Assembly: GCA_963676795.2 (NCBI GenBank)
Contig: CAXXTB010000002.1
Span: 576,001-640,000 of the forward strand
DNA length: 64,000 nucleotides
Direction: 5' to 3'
Source: Geopsychrobacteraceae bacterium
Lineage (GTDB): Bacteria > Desulfobacterota > Desulfuromonadia > Desulfuromonadales > Geopsychrobacteraceae
Part shown: positions 1 to 10,277 of the stretch, piece after piece
Numbering within the stretch: position 1 is the stretch's first letter
Layout: the number at the start of each line of letters is the position of its first letter
The notes under the pieces: generated by a model
Seen by the model: the letters and a program-made list of their open reading frames with translations, nothing else
Database searches by the model: none
Told to the model about the DNA's origin: nothing
Translations under genes and position numbers: made by a program

Positions 1-2428
1 GGCAATTGCTGGTTGTCTTTGTCGAGCAGCTCGATCAGTTTCATGACGAGAGTAAACGGGTCAATTTTCTGCTGCTGTGGCGCAGCGAGCAGGACAGGGA
101 ATTTGTTTCCCAGATTCAGAAGATACAGGATTACATCACGAACAAGACCATCGATCTGACTCTTGCCGGGACCGACAACTCCTACCTGAATTCACTGATT
201 CTGCAACTCTCCGGCTATCGGGAGAGCCTGCTCGAAATCTCCAATGCCAACGCTTCAGAAGATCCGAGAGATCTTCTCTATGACCATCCGAACACGGAGT
301 ATCCTTTGCTGGGTAAGCTCAGGAGCCTTTCCGAACGCATAAAAATGCTCACGGCTGTTGACGGGGAAGTTGCCAGGTTCAGCTCTGCGCTGGAACGTGA
401 CCTTGAGACCTACCTTTTCCTGATGCAGCGCTATCCGGAGGTTTTACAGGCTCTGGGGGAGAGTATCTCAAGCCTGAACAGCTCTGCGGAGCTGATCCTC
501 AACAAACTGGACCGCCTGTCAGCTGAAGAGGAAATGCTCGCATTAGAGGTCAGGTCAGAAATTCAAAAGACGATTGTCTCAACGGTTTCCGGTGTCATTC
601 TGCTGCTGCTGATCATGGCACTGTTTTTTGGGTCACTCATCAGCGGATCTTTGTGGCTCATATCAGTGCCCCGATGGACAAGATCAAGAAGCGTCTCGAC
701 GCATTCACCAGGGGGGATATGCAAACTCCGATGATGCTCGAAAGACACGACGAGTGGCATGAAATCGAAAGTGGTTTCAATCGCATGATCAGCAGCCTGC
801 AGGATAGCGTCGAAGCACTGATTGACTCAGAGAGTCGCTATCGTGAAATCTATGTCAATGCGACCGAGGGGATCTTCAAAAGCACTCTTGACGGCCGTTT
901 GCTCGAGGTCAACCCGGCCATCGTCGAGATGCTCGGCTTTACGACCGAAGATGAGGCTCTTGAGAGTATCACCAGTCTTGGTGGGCAGCTGTACGAGGAT
1001 CCGCAGGATCGTAAGCGCTTTCTCGAAAAACTGTTACTGGGAGGCCGGGTGATGAATTTTGAAACCCGGGTTCGGATCAAGGACGATGAACTGTTGTGGA
1101 TCTCCATGAGTGGCCATATCGTCTGGGACGAGCAGCACGACGCCCGTTATATCGAAGGGATGATTCGCGATATCTCGGTTGAAAAACATGCCCAGCTCGT
1201 GCTGGAGAAGCTTCAGGCCTATACTCAGAATATAATCGATTCGATGCCGTCGATGCTGATCGGGGTCGACGGGGACCAGCGGGTGACTTTGTGGAACCGC
1301 CAGGTTGAGATTGAAACCGGCAGGTCTTCCGTTGAGGTCTATGGTCTGCCCTTGACCGAGGTCTTTGCTCTGTTGCGACCAAGTTCCTATCTTTCTTCGC
1401 TGGAACAGACTCTGAGCGCCCGGGAGCCGGCCCGCCTGCTTAAGGTCGGAGGTGATCAGCGGGCCGGGGACGGCGAAAGACGCTTTTTTGATCTGCTCAT
1501 CTATCCGCTTGAGACGGAAGATTCCCGGGGCGCGGTCATTCATATCGATGATGCCACGGAACGGGTGGGCCTCGAAGAGATGATGGTGCGCTCGGAGAAA
1601 ATGCAATCGGTCGGCAGCCTGGCGTCCGGGCTGGCGCATGAGATCAATAACCCGCTGGCCGTCATTCTGCAGAATGCTCAGGTTCTCAGTCGCAGGTACT
1701 CGCCCGATCTGGGCAAAAACCGGGAGACGGCGGAGGAGCTGGGGACCAGCATCGAAACGATTATCGAGTACCATCAGTTACGTGGCTGCGATAATATCGT
1801 TGCTTCGATTACCAGTGCCGGCAACCGGGCGGCCAAAATTGTCGAGAATATCCAGAGCTTCAGCCGACGCGATATGTCGTCGTTCACCCCGAGCAGCCTG
1901 GTCGACCTGCTGGAGAAAACCCTGCAACTGGCTGCCAGTGATTACGACCTGCGCCACAAGTATGCGTTTCATAAGGTCAAGATCGTCAGGGAGTTCAAGC
2001 CGCTGGAGGATATCGTCTGCGAGCCGAGCCAGATTCAGCAGGTCATTCTGACCCTGATCAAAAATGCCGCCCAGGCGCTCAGCCAGGTGACGGAGGCCCC
2101 GCAGCTGACCTTGCGGGTGTTTCCGTCCGGTGAGGGGCATGCCTGCCTGCAGGTCGAGGATAACGGAGCGGGAATAGAGACTGAGGTGGCGAAACGGATT
2201 TTTGATCCTTTCTACACGACACGGGATGTGGGTGTGGGAACAGGGCTTGGTTTGTCGATCGCCTATTATATCGTGACCCAGAATCACAACGGCTATCTCG
2301 GGGTCAGCTCTGAGCCTGGCTCGGGGAGCTGTTTCGAGATGCTGCTGCCGTTCAACAATGCTTCAATTGCCAGGGCTCTGGCGTCAAAATCACGCCAGCA
2401 GGGGGCTGATAAGGACAGGGAAGGATAA
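1..2428 (+). pseudogene. Membrane sensor histidine kinase (periplasmic domain-TM-HAMP-PAS-PAS-HisKA-HATPase), 5'-truncated by the window and split by a 1-bp frameshift at a T6 run (624-629)
   Basis: ORF 6..734 ends in a TM helix; ORF 653..2428 starts with a HAMP-like segment, then PAS domains, H-box LAHEINNPL and G-box GTGLGLS. Adding one T to the T6 run joins them as ...ALFFWVTHQRIFVAHISAPMDKIK... Confidence 0.8.
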
Positions 2429-2433
2429 GCACG

Positions 2434-3828
2434 ATGAGTCAATCGGTATCAAGGTCAACAGTTCGCCACCTCATGGCGGCCCGGGGGGCGCTTTCTGCTG
2501 TTTGCGTCAAGGGGTGGGTGCGTTCTGTGCGCCGCGGTAAAGAGGTTTCGTTTATCGCGCTGAATGATGGCAGCTGTTTCGCGTCGCTGCAGGTTGTCAT
2601 CTCGGCGGAGCTTAGCAATTACGCAGAGATCAGCAGGACTGGCACCGGTGCCTGTCTGGCCGTTTACGGCGACCTTGTCGCGTCTCCGGCCGAGGGGCAG
2701 GCCTGGGAGCTTCAGGCCTCAAGGGTCGAGCTGATCGGTGACGCCGATGAGACCTACCCGTTGCAGAAAAAACGCCACAGCTTTGAATACCTGCGCAGTA
2801 TCGCTCATCTGCGGCCGCGCTCAAACACCTTCGGCGCGGTGTTCCGCATGCGCAGCCAGCTCTCCTTTGCCGTGCACAAATTCTTTCAGGAGCGGGGCTT
2901 TGTCTACGTTCAGACGCCGATCATCACGGCCAATGACTGCGAGGGGGCCGGGGAGATGTTCCGGGTGACAACTCTCGATCCGCAGCAGCCGCCGCTTGTG
3001 GACGGGCAGGTCGACTGGAATGCCGACTTTTTTGGCGAAAGAACCGGGCTGACGGTCAGCGGTCAGTTGCAGGGCGAGCTGTTCGCTACGGCGTTTTCCG
3101 ATATCTATACCTTCGGTCCGACCTTCAGGGCGGAAAATTCCAATACCAGCCGCCATGCAGCAGAATTCTGGATGATCGAACCGGAAATCGCTTTCGCCGA
3201 TCTGGCCGACGATTGCCGCCTGGGCGAGGATTTTCTTCGCTACCTGGTCACCTATGCCCTGGATAACTGCCAAGAGGACCTGGCTTTTTTCAACGACCGG
3301 ATCGAAAAAGGGCTGCTCGACAAACTTGAAGCGCTGGCCAGGGCTGAGTTTAAAACCGTCACCTATACTGAAGCGATCGGTCTACTTGAAAAATCGGGGG
3401 AGGCTTTCGAGTTTCCCCTCTACTGGGGCTGTGATCTGCAGTCGGAACATGAGCGCTACCTGACCGAGAAGATCTTTAACGGTCCGCTTTTTGTGACCGA
3501 TTACCCCAAAGAGATCAAAGCCTTCTACATGCGTCTGAACAGTGATGACAGAACTGTCGCGGCGATGGATCTGCTGGTGCCGAGGGTCGGCGAACTGATC
3601 GGCGGCAGCCAGCGTGAAGAGCGTTTCGATGTGCTGCAGCGCAGGATGACCGAATGCGGCATCGCACCGGAGAGTCTGGCCTGGTATCTCGATATCCGGC
3701 GCTGGGGAACCTGCCCGCATGCCGGGTTCGGGCTCGGTTTTGAGCGATTGCTGATGTACCTGACCGGTATGGAAAATATCCGCGATGTGATCCCATTCCC
3801 GAGAACGCCGGGGCATGCTGACTTTTAA
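2434..3828 (+). CDS. asnS: Asparagine--tRNA ligase
   Basis: OB-fold start (GWVRSVR), LTVSGQL, FRAENSNTSRHAAEFWMIEPE, ELIGGSQRE, GFGLGFERL, IPFPRTPG. Confidence 0.97.
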   Translation: MSQSVSRSTVRHLMAARGALSAVCVKGWVRSVRRGKEVSFIALNDGSCFASLQVVISAELSNYAEISRTGTGACLAVYGDLVASPAEGQAWELQASRVELIGDADETYPLQKKRHSFEYLRSIAHLRPRSNTFGAVFRMRSQLSFAVHKFFQERGFVYVQTPIITANDCEGAGEMFRVTTLDPQQPPLVDGQVDWNADFFGERTGLTVSGQLQGELFATAFSDIYTFGPTFRAENSNTSRHAAEFWMIEPEIAFADLADDCRLGEDFLRYLVTYALDNCQEDLAFFNDRIEKGLLDKLEALARAEFKTVTYTEAIGLLEKSGEAFEFPLYWGCDLQSEHERYLTEKIFNGPLFVTDYPKEIKAFYMRLNSDDRTVAAMDLLVPRVGELIGGSQREERFDVLQRRMTECGIAPESLAWYLDIRRWGTCPHAGFGLGFERLLMYLTGMENIRDVIPFPRTPGHADF

Positions 3829-3854
3829 AACAAAATAAGGGATGATTCCAAAGG

Positions 3855-3991
3855 TCCTTCTCCCATGGCACCCAAACAACGGGCATAAAGGAGAAGGTGC
3901 CCCAGCGGGGCGGATGAGGGGAGCTTCTCGGGGGAGTGCCCCCTCACCCTAACCCTCTCCTTTATGCCCTTTGGGTACCCAGGGAGAGGGA
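3855..3991. repeat. REP/BoxC-like palindromic intergenic repeat, copy 1
   Basis: CCTTCTCC..GGAGAAGGTGCCC..GGGCGGATGAGGGG..CCCCTCACCC..CCCTCTCC..GGAGAGGG, shared with 22723-22847 and 28615-28724. Confidence 0.85.
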
Positions 3992-4119
3992 ATATTCAAC
4001 GATTCAGTTTTTCCTGTTGTTATGCATCTCCCGGATATGCTAAATCTGGCCACTGTAAATATAACTAAAATCGTATTAAATCGGTCTGGACAATCAACTT
4101 CAAACGACAGGAGATCCTG

Positions 4120-4659
4120 ATGGGAACATGTGGCTGCAAGTCATCTCAAAAATCTGAAGGTGCGGTAACGTTCAAGGGGAACCCGGCGGTGCTGCTCGGG
4201 CCGGAACTGAAGGTCGGCGACAAGGCCCCCGATTTCAGGGTTGTTGATAACGCTCTGGAGCCGGTCACCCTCAAGACCGACAGCGGTAAAATCCGCCTGA
4301 TTACAGTGGTTCCGTCCCTCGATACCCCGGTCTGTGATACCATGACCCGCCGTTTTAACCAGCAGGCTGCCGAGCTGCCGGACGATGTTGTCGTCTACAC
4401 CATCAGCGTTGATCTGCCTTTTGCCCAGAAACGCTGGTGCGGGAACGCCGGGATCGACAAGGTGAAAACCCTGTCCGATTATCAGGACCGTTCTTTTGGC
4501 TGGAATTACGGCGTTCTTCTGGAAGCGTTGAAGTTGCTGGCCCGGGCCGTGGTGATTATCGACAAGGATGACAGGATCGCCTACTACCAGCTGGTCCCGG
4601 AAGTGACGGATGAGCCCGATTACGCCGCGGTTCTGGATGCAGTGAAAACCCTGTTGTAA
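4120..4659 (+). CDS. tpx: Thiol peroxidase (atypical 2-Cys peroxiredoxin)
   Basis: VPSLDTPVC, ISVDLPFAQKRWC, LARAV, EPDY motifs; GGAG RBS. Confidence 0.95.
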   Translation: MGTCGCKSSQKSEGAVTFKGNPAVLLGPELKVGDKAPDFRVVDNALEPVTLKTDSGKIRLITVVPSLDTPVCDTMTRRFNQQAAELPDDVVVYTISVDLPFAQKRWCGNAGIDKVKTLSDYQDRSFGWNYGVLLEALKLLARAVVIIDKDDRIAYYQLVPEVTDEPDYAAVLDAVKTLL

Positions 4660-4683
4660 TACAAAGGGTGTTGCGAGATCTTC

Positions 4684-4718
4684 AAACGGCCCTGAAAAGA
4701 GATTTTCAGGGCCGTTTT
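4684..4718 (+). terminator. Intrinsic terminator after tpx
   Basis: AAACGGCCCTGAAAA-GAGA-TTTTCAGGGCCGTTTT. Confidence 0.75.
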
Positions 4719-4886
4719 GCGTGTTTGAGAAGGGAAAAATTGAAGCGCAGAGATGAGCGCATAGAAAACTGTAGATGGGTATTGATGTTCCTTGACGATT
4801 AATATACGCAAATGATACCTTTTTAAACTGATTTAACCTTGATTTGTATATGCAGCAGAGACCTGTTTATGAGAGTGGTGTCAGGG

Positions 4887-6926
4887 ATGTTTAGAATTTT
4901 TTTTGCCTTGCTGATGAGTGTGAGCCTTGTTTCTACGGCTTTTTGCGCTCAAACCGCATCTCTTGATGCGCTCAAAACCATGAGCCTTGAGAACCTGATG
5001 CAGGTGACGGTCTACTCGGCTTCGAAGCAGGAAGAATTCCTTGCCGATGTTGCTACCGCCATGTACGTCATCGACCGGCAAGATATTCGTCGCAGTGGAG
5101 CGAGAACCCTGCCGGACCTGCTGCGTGGCGTGCCTGGCCTGCACGTCGCCAGTATCGACGGGCACACCTGGGAGATCACGGCGCGCGGCTTCGGCGGTGC
5201 TTTTGCCAACAAGCTGCTGGTTCTGATGGATGGCCGGACCCTCTATACGCCGATGTATTCGGGCGTCTACTGGGATATGCAGGATACGCTGCTTGAGGAC
5301 ATCGAACGGATTGAAGTGATCCGCGGGCCGGGCGCAACGATCTGGGGTGCCAATGCCGTCAACGGGGTCATCAATATTATCACCCGCAATGCGTTTGATA
5401 CCGTTGGCGGCTATGCTCAGGCCGGTGGCGGTGATCTGGACCGCAACTCGCTCAATGGCCGCTTTGGTCAGCGTCTTGGCGCTCTGTCATACCGGGTCTA
5501 TGGCAAACAGCTGGAGCGGGATAACTTTGGTACGACCTACAGCGATATCATCGGTTCTGAAGAGAACAACGACAGCTGGCGCACCGAGCGAGGCGGCTTC
5601 CGTCTCGATTGGGACGGAAACACAGGACAGAAGCTGACTCTTTCCGGTGATATTTACCAGGGCAAGGCCGCTCAGCTGCTGGCCTTTTCTTCCGACAGTT
5701 TTCAGCCGTCAGATGTGGAATATTCCGGTGGGAATCTCCAGTTCCAGTGGCAGGACGAGTTCTCGGAAATTTCGACTGTGACCCTCAGCAGTTATCTGGA
5801 TCGCAGCTTGCGGGAAGATGGCTACGGCAAGCAGGCGAGGACAACCTGGGATATCGCACTGACTCAGACCATAGATCTGAGCTCCCTCCGGCAGAAGCTT
5901 GTCTGGGGTGGTGGCTACCGGTATACGGAGGATCAGACCGCCTACAGCTCCTTTATACCCGAGTCTGAACGCTTCCTGGTCCTTGATCCCATGGCGGCGA
6001 CCGAAGAGGTTGTCAATCTGTTCATTCAGGACGATATCGAGCTGGTCGCCGATCGGCTCCACCTGATTGTCGGTTCCAAGTTCGAACATAACGGCTACAC
6101 CGGTTTTGAATTCCAGCCGTCAATCCGTACAAGCTGGACGCCGACAGAGCATCAGAGCCTCTGGGCTGCGGTCTCCAGGGCGGTCAGAACCCCGTCGCGC
6201 CTGGACAGTGACATGCTCATCTATTTTGAGGGTGACATGGAATATGGCGGTACGACCTATCCGACCGATGTGACAATCGCCGGTAATTCAGATTTCAAAT
6301 CGGAAGAGCTGATCGCCTATGAACTGGGCTACCGGGTTGAGCCGTTGGCAGCGGTGTCGATCGACCTGGCCCTGTTTTATAACGACTACGATAACCTGAG
6401 AAGCGGGACCTCGAGTTACAGTCCCCATTATAACTTTGGTCCTCCGGTGACCGTTGACTATATCAGTGTCGATTATACGACGGGCAATGAGATGGACGGC
6501 GAAACCTATGGCCTGGAACTGTCCGCGACCTGGCAGGTCCGTGAGGACTGGCGATTGACGGGCAGTTATTCGTGGATCAAGCTGCAGCTGGACCGGCCAG
6601 CCGATGATTATGACCTGCTGCTCGAGGAGGTTGAGACGAGCGTTCCGGAGCATCAGGCCAGCCTCAAGTCCTCTGTCGATCTGCCTTACGACCTGGAATG
6701 GGACACCAGCCTCTATTACTTCAGCAGTGTCGGGGAGATGTACAAGGTCGATCCCTACCTGCGTTGCGATATGCGGCTGGGCTGGATGCCGAACGAAAAA
6801 TTGGAACTGAGTCTGTCCGTGCAGAATCTTTTTGATGATTATCATCGTGAGTATTACAGCCATTTCGGACTGGCTAGCGGAGAAGTCCCGCGCAACTGGT
6901 ATGCAGAGTTGAAGTACCGTTTCTGA
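4887..6926 (+). CDS. TonB-dependent outer-membrane receptor 1 (start uncertain: 4839/4869/4887)
   Basis: Signal peptide, plug motif [29 protein letters not shown], beta-barrel strands, C-terminal aromatic ...LKYRF. Confidence 0.93.
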   Translation: MFRIFFALLMSVSLVSTAFCAQTASLDALKTMSLENLMQVTVYSASKQEEFLADVATAMYVIDRQDIRRSGARTLPDLLRGVPGLHVASIDGHTWEITARGFGGAFANKLLVLMDGRTLYTPMYSGVYWDMQDTLLEDIERIEVIRGPGATIWGANAVNGVINIITRNAFDTVGGYAQAGGGDLDRNSLNGRFGQRLGALSYRVYGKQLERDNFGTTYSDIIGSEENNDSWRTERGGFRLDWDGNTGQKLTLSGDIYQGKAAQLLAFSSDSFQPSDVEYSGGNLQFQWQDEFSEISTVTLSSYLDRSLREDGYGKQARTTWDIALTQTIDLSSLRQKLVWGGGYRYTEDQTAYSSFIPESERFLVLDPMAATEEVVNLFIQDDIELVADRLHLIVGSKFEHNGYTGFEFQPSIRTSWTPTEHQSLWAAVSRAVRTPSRLDSDMLIYFEGDMEYGGTTYPTDVTIAGNSDFKSEELIAYELGYRVEPLAAVSIDLALFYNDYDNLRSGTSSYSPHYNFGPPVTVDYISVDYTTGNEMDGETYGLELSATWQVREDWRLTGSYSWIKLQLDRPADDYDLLLEEVETSVPEHQASLKSSVDLPYDLEWDTSLYYFSSVGEMYKVDPYLRCDMRLGWMPNEKLELSLSVQNLFDDYHREYYSHFGLASGEVPRNWYAELKYRF

Positions 6927-6951
6927 TGAATTCGAATGGACCCGAGCCTCT

Positions 6952-7533
6952 ATGCTGTTTCTGATGCGCCATAGTTTCCTGAAAACCATTCTGCCGATCA
7001 TGCTGATCGTGCTCTGCCTGACTGTTTTTACCGGCAGGGATGCGCTCTGTGCCCAGGATCGGTTCGATGAGTATCAGGTCAAGTCAGCGTTTCTGTATAA
7101 CCTGGCCAATTTCATCTACTGGCCGAACGAAAGTTTTGAAAGTCCGCAAAGTCCCTTCATTATTACTGTTCTTGGCAAAAACCCTTTTAATAACTTCCTC
7201 GTAGAGATTACCTCTGGTGAGACTGTCAACGGTCATCCCATTCGGGTCGAGTATGTCGACTCTTTCGAGGAACTTGGTAAAACCCATATCCTGTTCGTTC
7301 ATCGCGACAGTGCAAAGGATATCGACGAGCAGTTATTGCAGCTGTCTCAACTCGGGGTGTTGACCGTCTCCGATTTTGACCAGTTTCCGCGAGAGGGTGG
7401 TGCTCTGGCGCTGTTGATGGACCGGCAGAGAATTCTTCTCACTCTCAACCTGGAGGTGGCCGAGCGCGCCGGGCTGAAAATCAGCTCCAAACTGCTGCGC
7501 CTGGCGACAATCGTCAAGGGGCAGCGCTCATGA
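6952..7533 (+). CDS. YfiR/HmsC-family (DUF4154-like) periplasmic protein
   Basis: Signal peptide, [26 protein letters not shown]-terminal [13 protein letters not shown]. Confidence 0.88.
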   Translation: MLFLMRHSFLKTILPIMLIVLCLTVFTGRDALCAQDRFDEYQVKSAFLYNLANFIYWPNESFESPQSPFIITVLGKNPFNNFLVEITSGETVNGHPIRVEYVDSFEELGKTHILFVHRDSAKDIDEQLLQLSQLGVLTVSDFDQFPREGGALALLMDRQRILLTLNLEVAERAGLKISSKLLRLATIVKGQRS

Positions 7534-10277
7534 AGTGGTTCAGTCGACAGCCAATCCGCTCGAAACTGACGATTCTGATCCTGGCCATCAGTGCCCTGGT
7601 GCTGGCTGTCGTCTACTGTGCGGCGGCTGTCGAGAAATACTATTCGACCCGGGCGGCAATGATCCGCAGTAGTGAGATCCTGGCTACAGCTCTGGGTGAC
7701 AACTCGACGGCATCGATCACCTTTTCTGATCCGGGTACAGCAGAAGAAATTCTGGCGGCCCTGCATTCCGAACCCTCAGCTCTCGGCGCCGTGATCGTGA
7801 CTGACGACCGTGAACTGTTTGCCAGCTACGTGAAGAATCCTGATGTCGATTTCGATCCGCAGCGGTTCGTCACCGAATATGCAGCGGAACTCACATCCGA
7901 TCAGCTATTTTGCCTGCTGTATTTTGACTATTTCGATCTGATCCGGCCGATTCAGCTTGGTGACAAAAGGATCGGATCGATCGCTATCCGTACCGACCTT
8001 TCGCTGCTCTATGCGACCTTGAAAACCTATACCCTGGTCTCTTTTGCCGGTTTCCTGGTGTTGTTCATTGTGGCTTTTGTCCTGGCCCGCAAGATGCAGA
8101 TGTTTATCTCCGGACCGATCCTGCATCTGGCCGGTAAGATCGATACGGTGTCGACAACCCGTGATTATTCCGTGCGGGCCACCAAGACAAATGACGATGA
8201 GCTCGGTCTGCTGATCGATGGCTTCAACTCGATGCTCGGACGTATCCAGTCTCAGGAAGATCTTCTGAAAGAAGCCAAGGAGGTGGCGGAAAAAGCCAAC
8301 CAGTCGAAGTCGCAGTTTCTGGCCAACATGAGTCATGAGATCAGAACGCCGATGAATGGGGTACTGGGGATGGCGGAGCTGCTGCTTGACACCGATCTGA
8401 GTGAGGAGCAGAAGACGGCGGTCAAAACCATTCACCTTTCTGGTGAGTCGCTGCTGACGATTATCAACGACATTCTCGATTTCTCAAAGATCGAGGCCGG
8501 CAAGCTGGATGTCGAAAAGATCTGCTTCAATCTTGTGGAACAGATCAGCGAATCGGTACAGGTTCTTGCTCACAGGGCCCATGCCAAAGGGCTGGAACTG
8601 ATCACCGATATCGACCCCGCTGTTCCGGAATATGTCATGGGAGATCCCACCCGGATCCGTCAGATTCTGACCAATCTTCTTTCGAATGCGGTGAAGTTTA
8701 CTGAACGTGGCGAGGTTCTGCTCCGGGTTGAGTGTGCCGGAGGGGACGAGAACTGCCGGACAGTCCGCTTTGCCGTACAGGACAGCGGAATCGGGATGGA
8801 CTCCGCTGAGCGGCAGCATCTGTTTCAGCCGTTTTCCCAGGCCGACAGTTCAACAACGAGAAAATTCGGCGGTACAGGGCTCGGGCTTGCCATTTCGCGC
8901 CAGTTGGTCGAGCTGATGGGGGGACAGATTTCCTGTGCCTCCGAGAAGGGTAAAGGCTCAGTCTTTACCTTTGAAATTCCGCTTGGACTGGTTGATGTTG
9001 AGCCGCTTGCGCTCCGTGCAGAGGGGAGGACTCTCGAAGGGCTACGCTGCCTGCTGGTGGATGACAATGCTCAAAGCCTCAACCAGTTGTTGCCGCTGGT
9101 TCAGCGCTGGGGGATGGATGCCGTTCAGCTGACAAGCAATATGACGCTCGTTGAGACTTTGCTGCTTGCCCGACAGGATGGTACCCCATTTGATCTGCTT
9201 ATCCTTGACATGCATTCCCCCGACGGGCGTAGCGCTGAGCTTGTGCGGCGGATCATGACGCTTCCGCCGCTTGCGAATCTCCGCATTGTGATGCTGACGC
9301 GAATTGGCGGACATGATGAAAGCGTCGCCCTGGAGGGGCCGGCGATCATGGCGGTGAAAAAACCGATACAGGCGCAAAGTTTCTATCGCAGTCTTGTCAC
9401 GCTGGTTAGTGAAGGGCCTGGTGACTCGGTCAAGCCGGCTAATATTTTGAAAGAGACGAGTTTTGCGGCCAGAGTGCTGGTTGTCGAGGACAATCCGGTC
9501 AATCAGATGGTCGCAAAGGCCTTGCTTGGCAAGTTCGGCTGCAGGGTCGACCTGGCATTTGACGGTCTTGAAGCTCTCGAAGTCCTAGGACGGCAACGCT
9601 ACGATCTTGTTTTTATGGATTGCCAGATGCCGCGCATGGACGGTTTTACCGCAACCGCCAAAATACGTCTGCGGGAAGCGGAAGAGCCGGGTGTTATAAA
9701 GGTCCCGGTCATCGCCCTGACCGCTAACGCGCTCAGCGGCGACAAGGAACGCTGCCTCGCTGCGGGCATGGACGATTATGTCGCCAAGCCTTTCAGTCAG
9801 GAGCGCATCGCCGAAGTCTTACGCCTTTGGTTGCCGGAGGGTGCTGGGGTGCCTGTTGCGACCGTCACGGGCCTGGAAAAGAATGGCAAGGCGCCCGTTG
9901 ACCCGGACCAGGGCGCTCTTGAGCTGTTATCTGCAATGTCCGCGGATAGCGGAGAGCATACCGAAGAGCTTGGGCAGAAGGCCCATGCCTTCCTTGAGGG
10001 GACAGCGGGGATGCTGGCACGGTTGGCCGTTGCCGTACAGGAACGCAACCTGGCAGAGGTCGAGACGCTTGTCCGTGAATTGTGCCGCACGAGTGATGAT
10101 GTCGGTGCCACCCAGCTTTCCCGGCAGATCAGAGACCTTGAACAGCAGGTTCTGGCCAAGTCTTTTCCCCGAGTCTGGGAGGATCTGCGCCAGCTTGAAC
10201 TGACATACAATGCCACAGCCGAACTGGTCAAGAAGGAGTTCTCTGCAGCTCTTGCGGGAAGGAAAAGTCACCTATGA
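7530..10277 (+). CDS. Hybrid sensor histidine kinase (CHASE8-like periplasmic-HAMP-HisKA-HATPase-REC-REC-degenerate HPt)
   Basis: Two TM helices, [25 protein letters not shown], receivers LLILDMHSP and VFMDCQMP; overlaps the YfiR stop (ATGA). Confidence 0.93.
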   Translation: MKWFSRQPIRSKLTILILAISALVLAVVYCAAAVEKYYSTRAAMIRSSEILATALGDNSTASITFSDPGTAEEILAALHSEPSALGAVIVTDDRELFASYVKNPDVDFDPQRFVTEYAAELTSDQLFCLLYFDYFDLIRPIQLGDKRIGSIAIRTDLSLLYATLKTYTLVSFAGFLVLFIVAFVLARKMQMFISGPILHLAGKIDTVSTTRDYSVRATKTNDDELGLLIDGFNSMLGRIQSQEDLLKEAKEVAEKANQSKSQFLANMSHEIRTPMNGVLGMAELLLDTDLSEEQKTAVKTIHLSGESLLTIINDILDFSKIEAGKLDVEKICFNLVEQISESVQVLAHRAHAKGLELITDIDPAVPEYVMGDPTRIRQILTNLLSNAVKFTERGEVLLRVECAGGDENCRTVRFAVQDSGIGMDSAERQHLFQPFSQADSSTTRKFGGTGLGLAISRQLVELMGGQISCASEKGKGSVFTFEIPLGLVDVEPLALRAEGRTLEGLRCLLVDDNAQSLNQLLPLVQRWGMDAVQLTSNMTLVETLLLARQDGTPFDLLILDMHSPDGRSAELVRRIMTLPPLANLRIVMLTRIGGHDESVALEGPAIMAVKKPIQAQSFYRSLVTLVSEGPGDSVKPANILKETSFAARVLVVEDNPVNQMVAKALLGKFGCRVDLAFDGLEALEVLGRQRYDLVFMDCQMPRMDGFTATAKIRLREAEEPGVIKVPVIALTANALSGDKERCLAAGMDDYVAKPFSQERIAEVLRLWLPEGAGVPVATVTGLEKNGKAPVDPDQGALELLSAMSADSGEHTEELGQKAHAFLEGTAGMLARLAVAVQERNLAEVETLVRELCRTSDDVGATQLSRQIRDLEQQVLAKSFPRVWEDLRQLELTYNATAELVKKEFSAALAGRKSHL

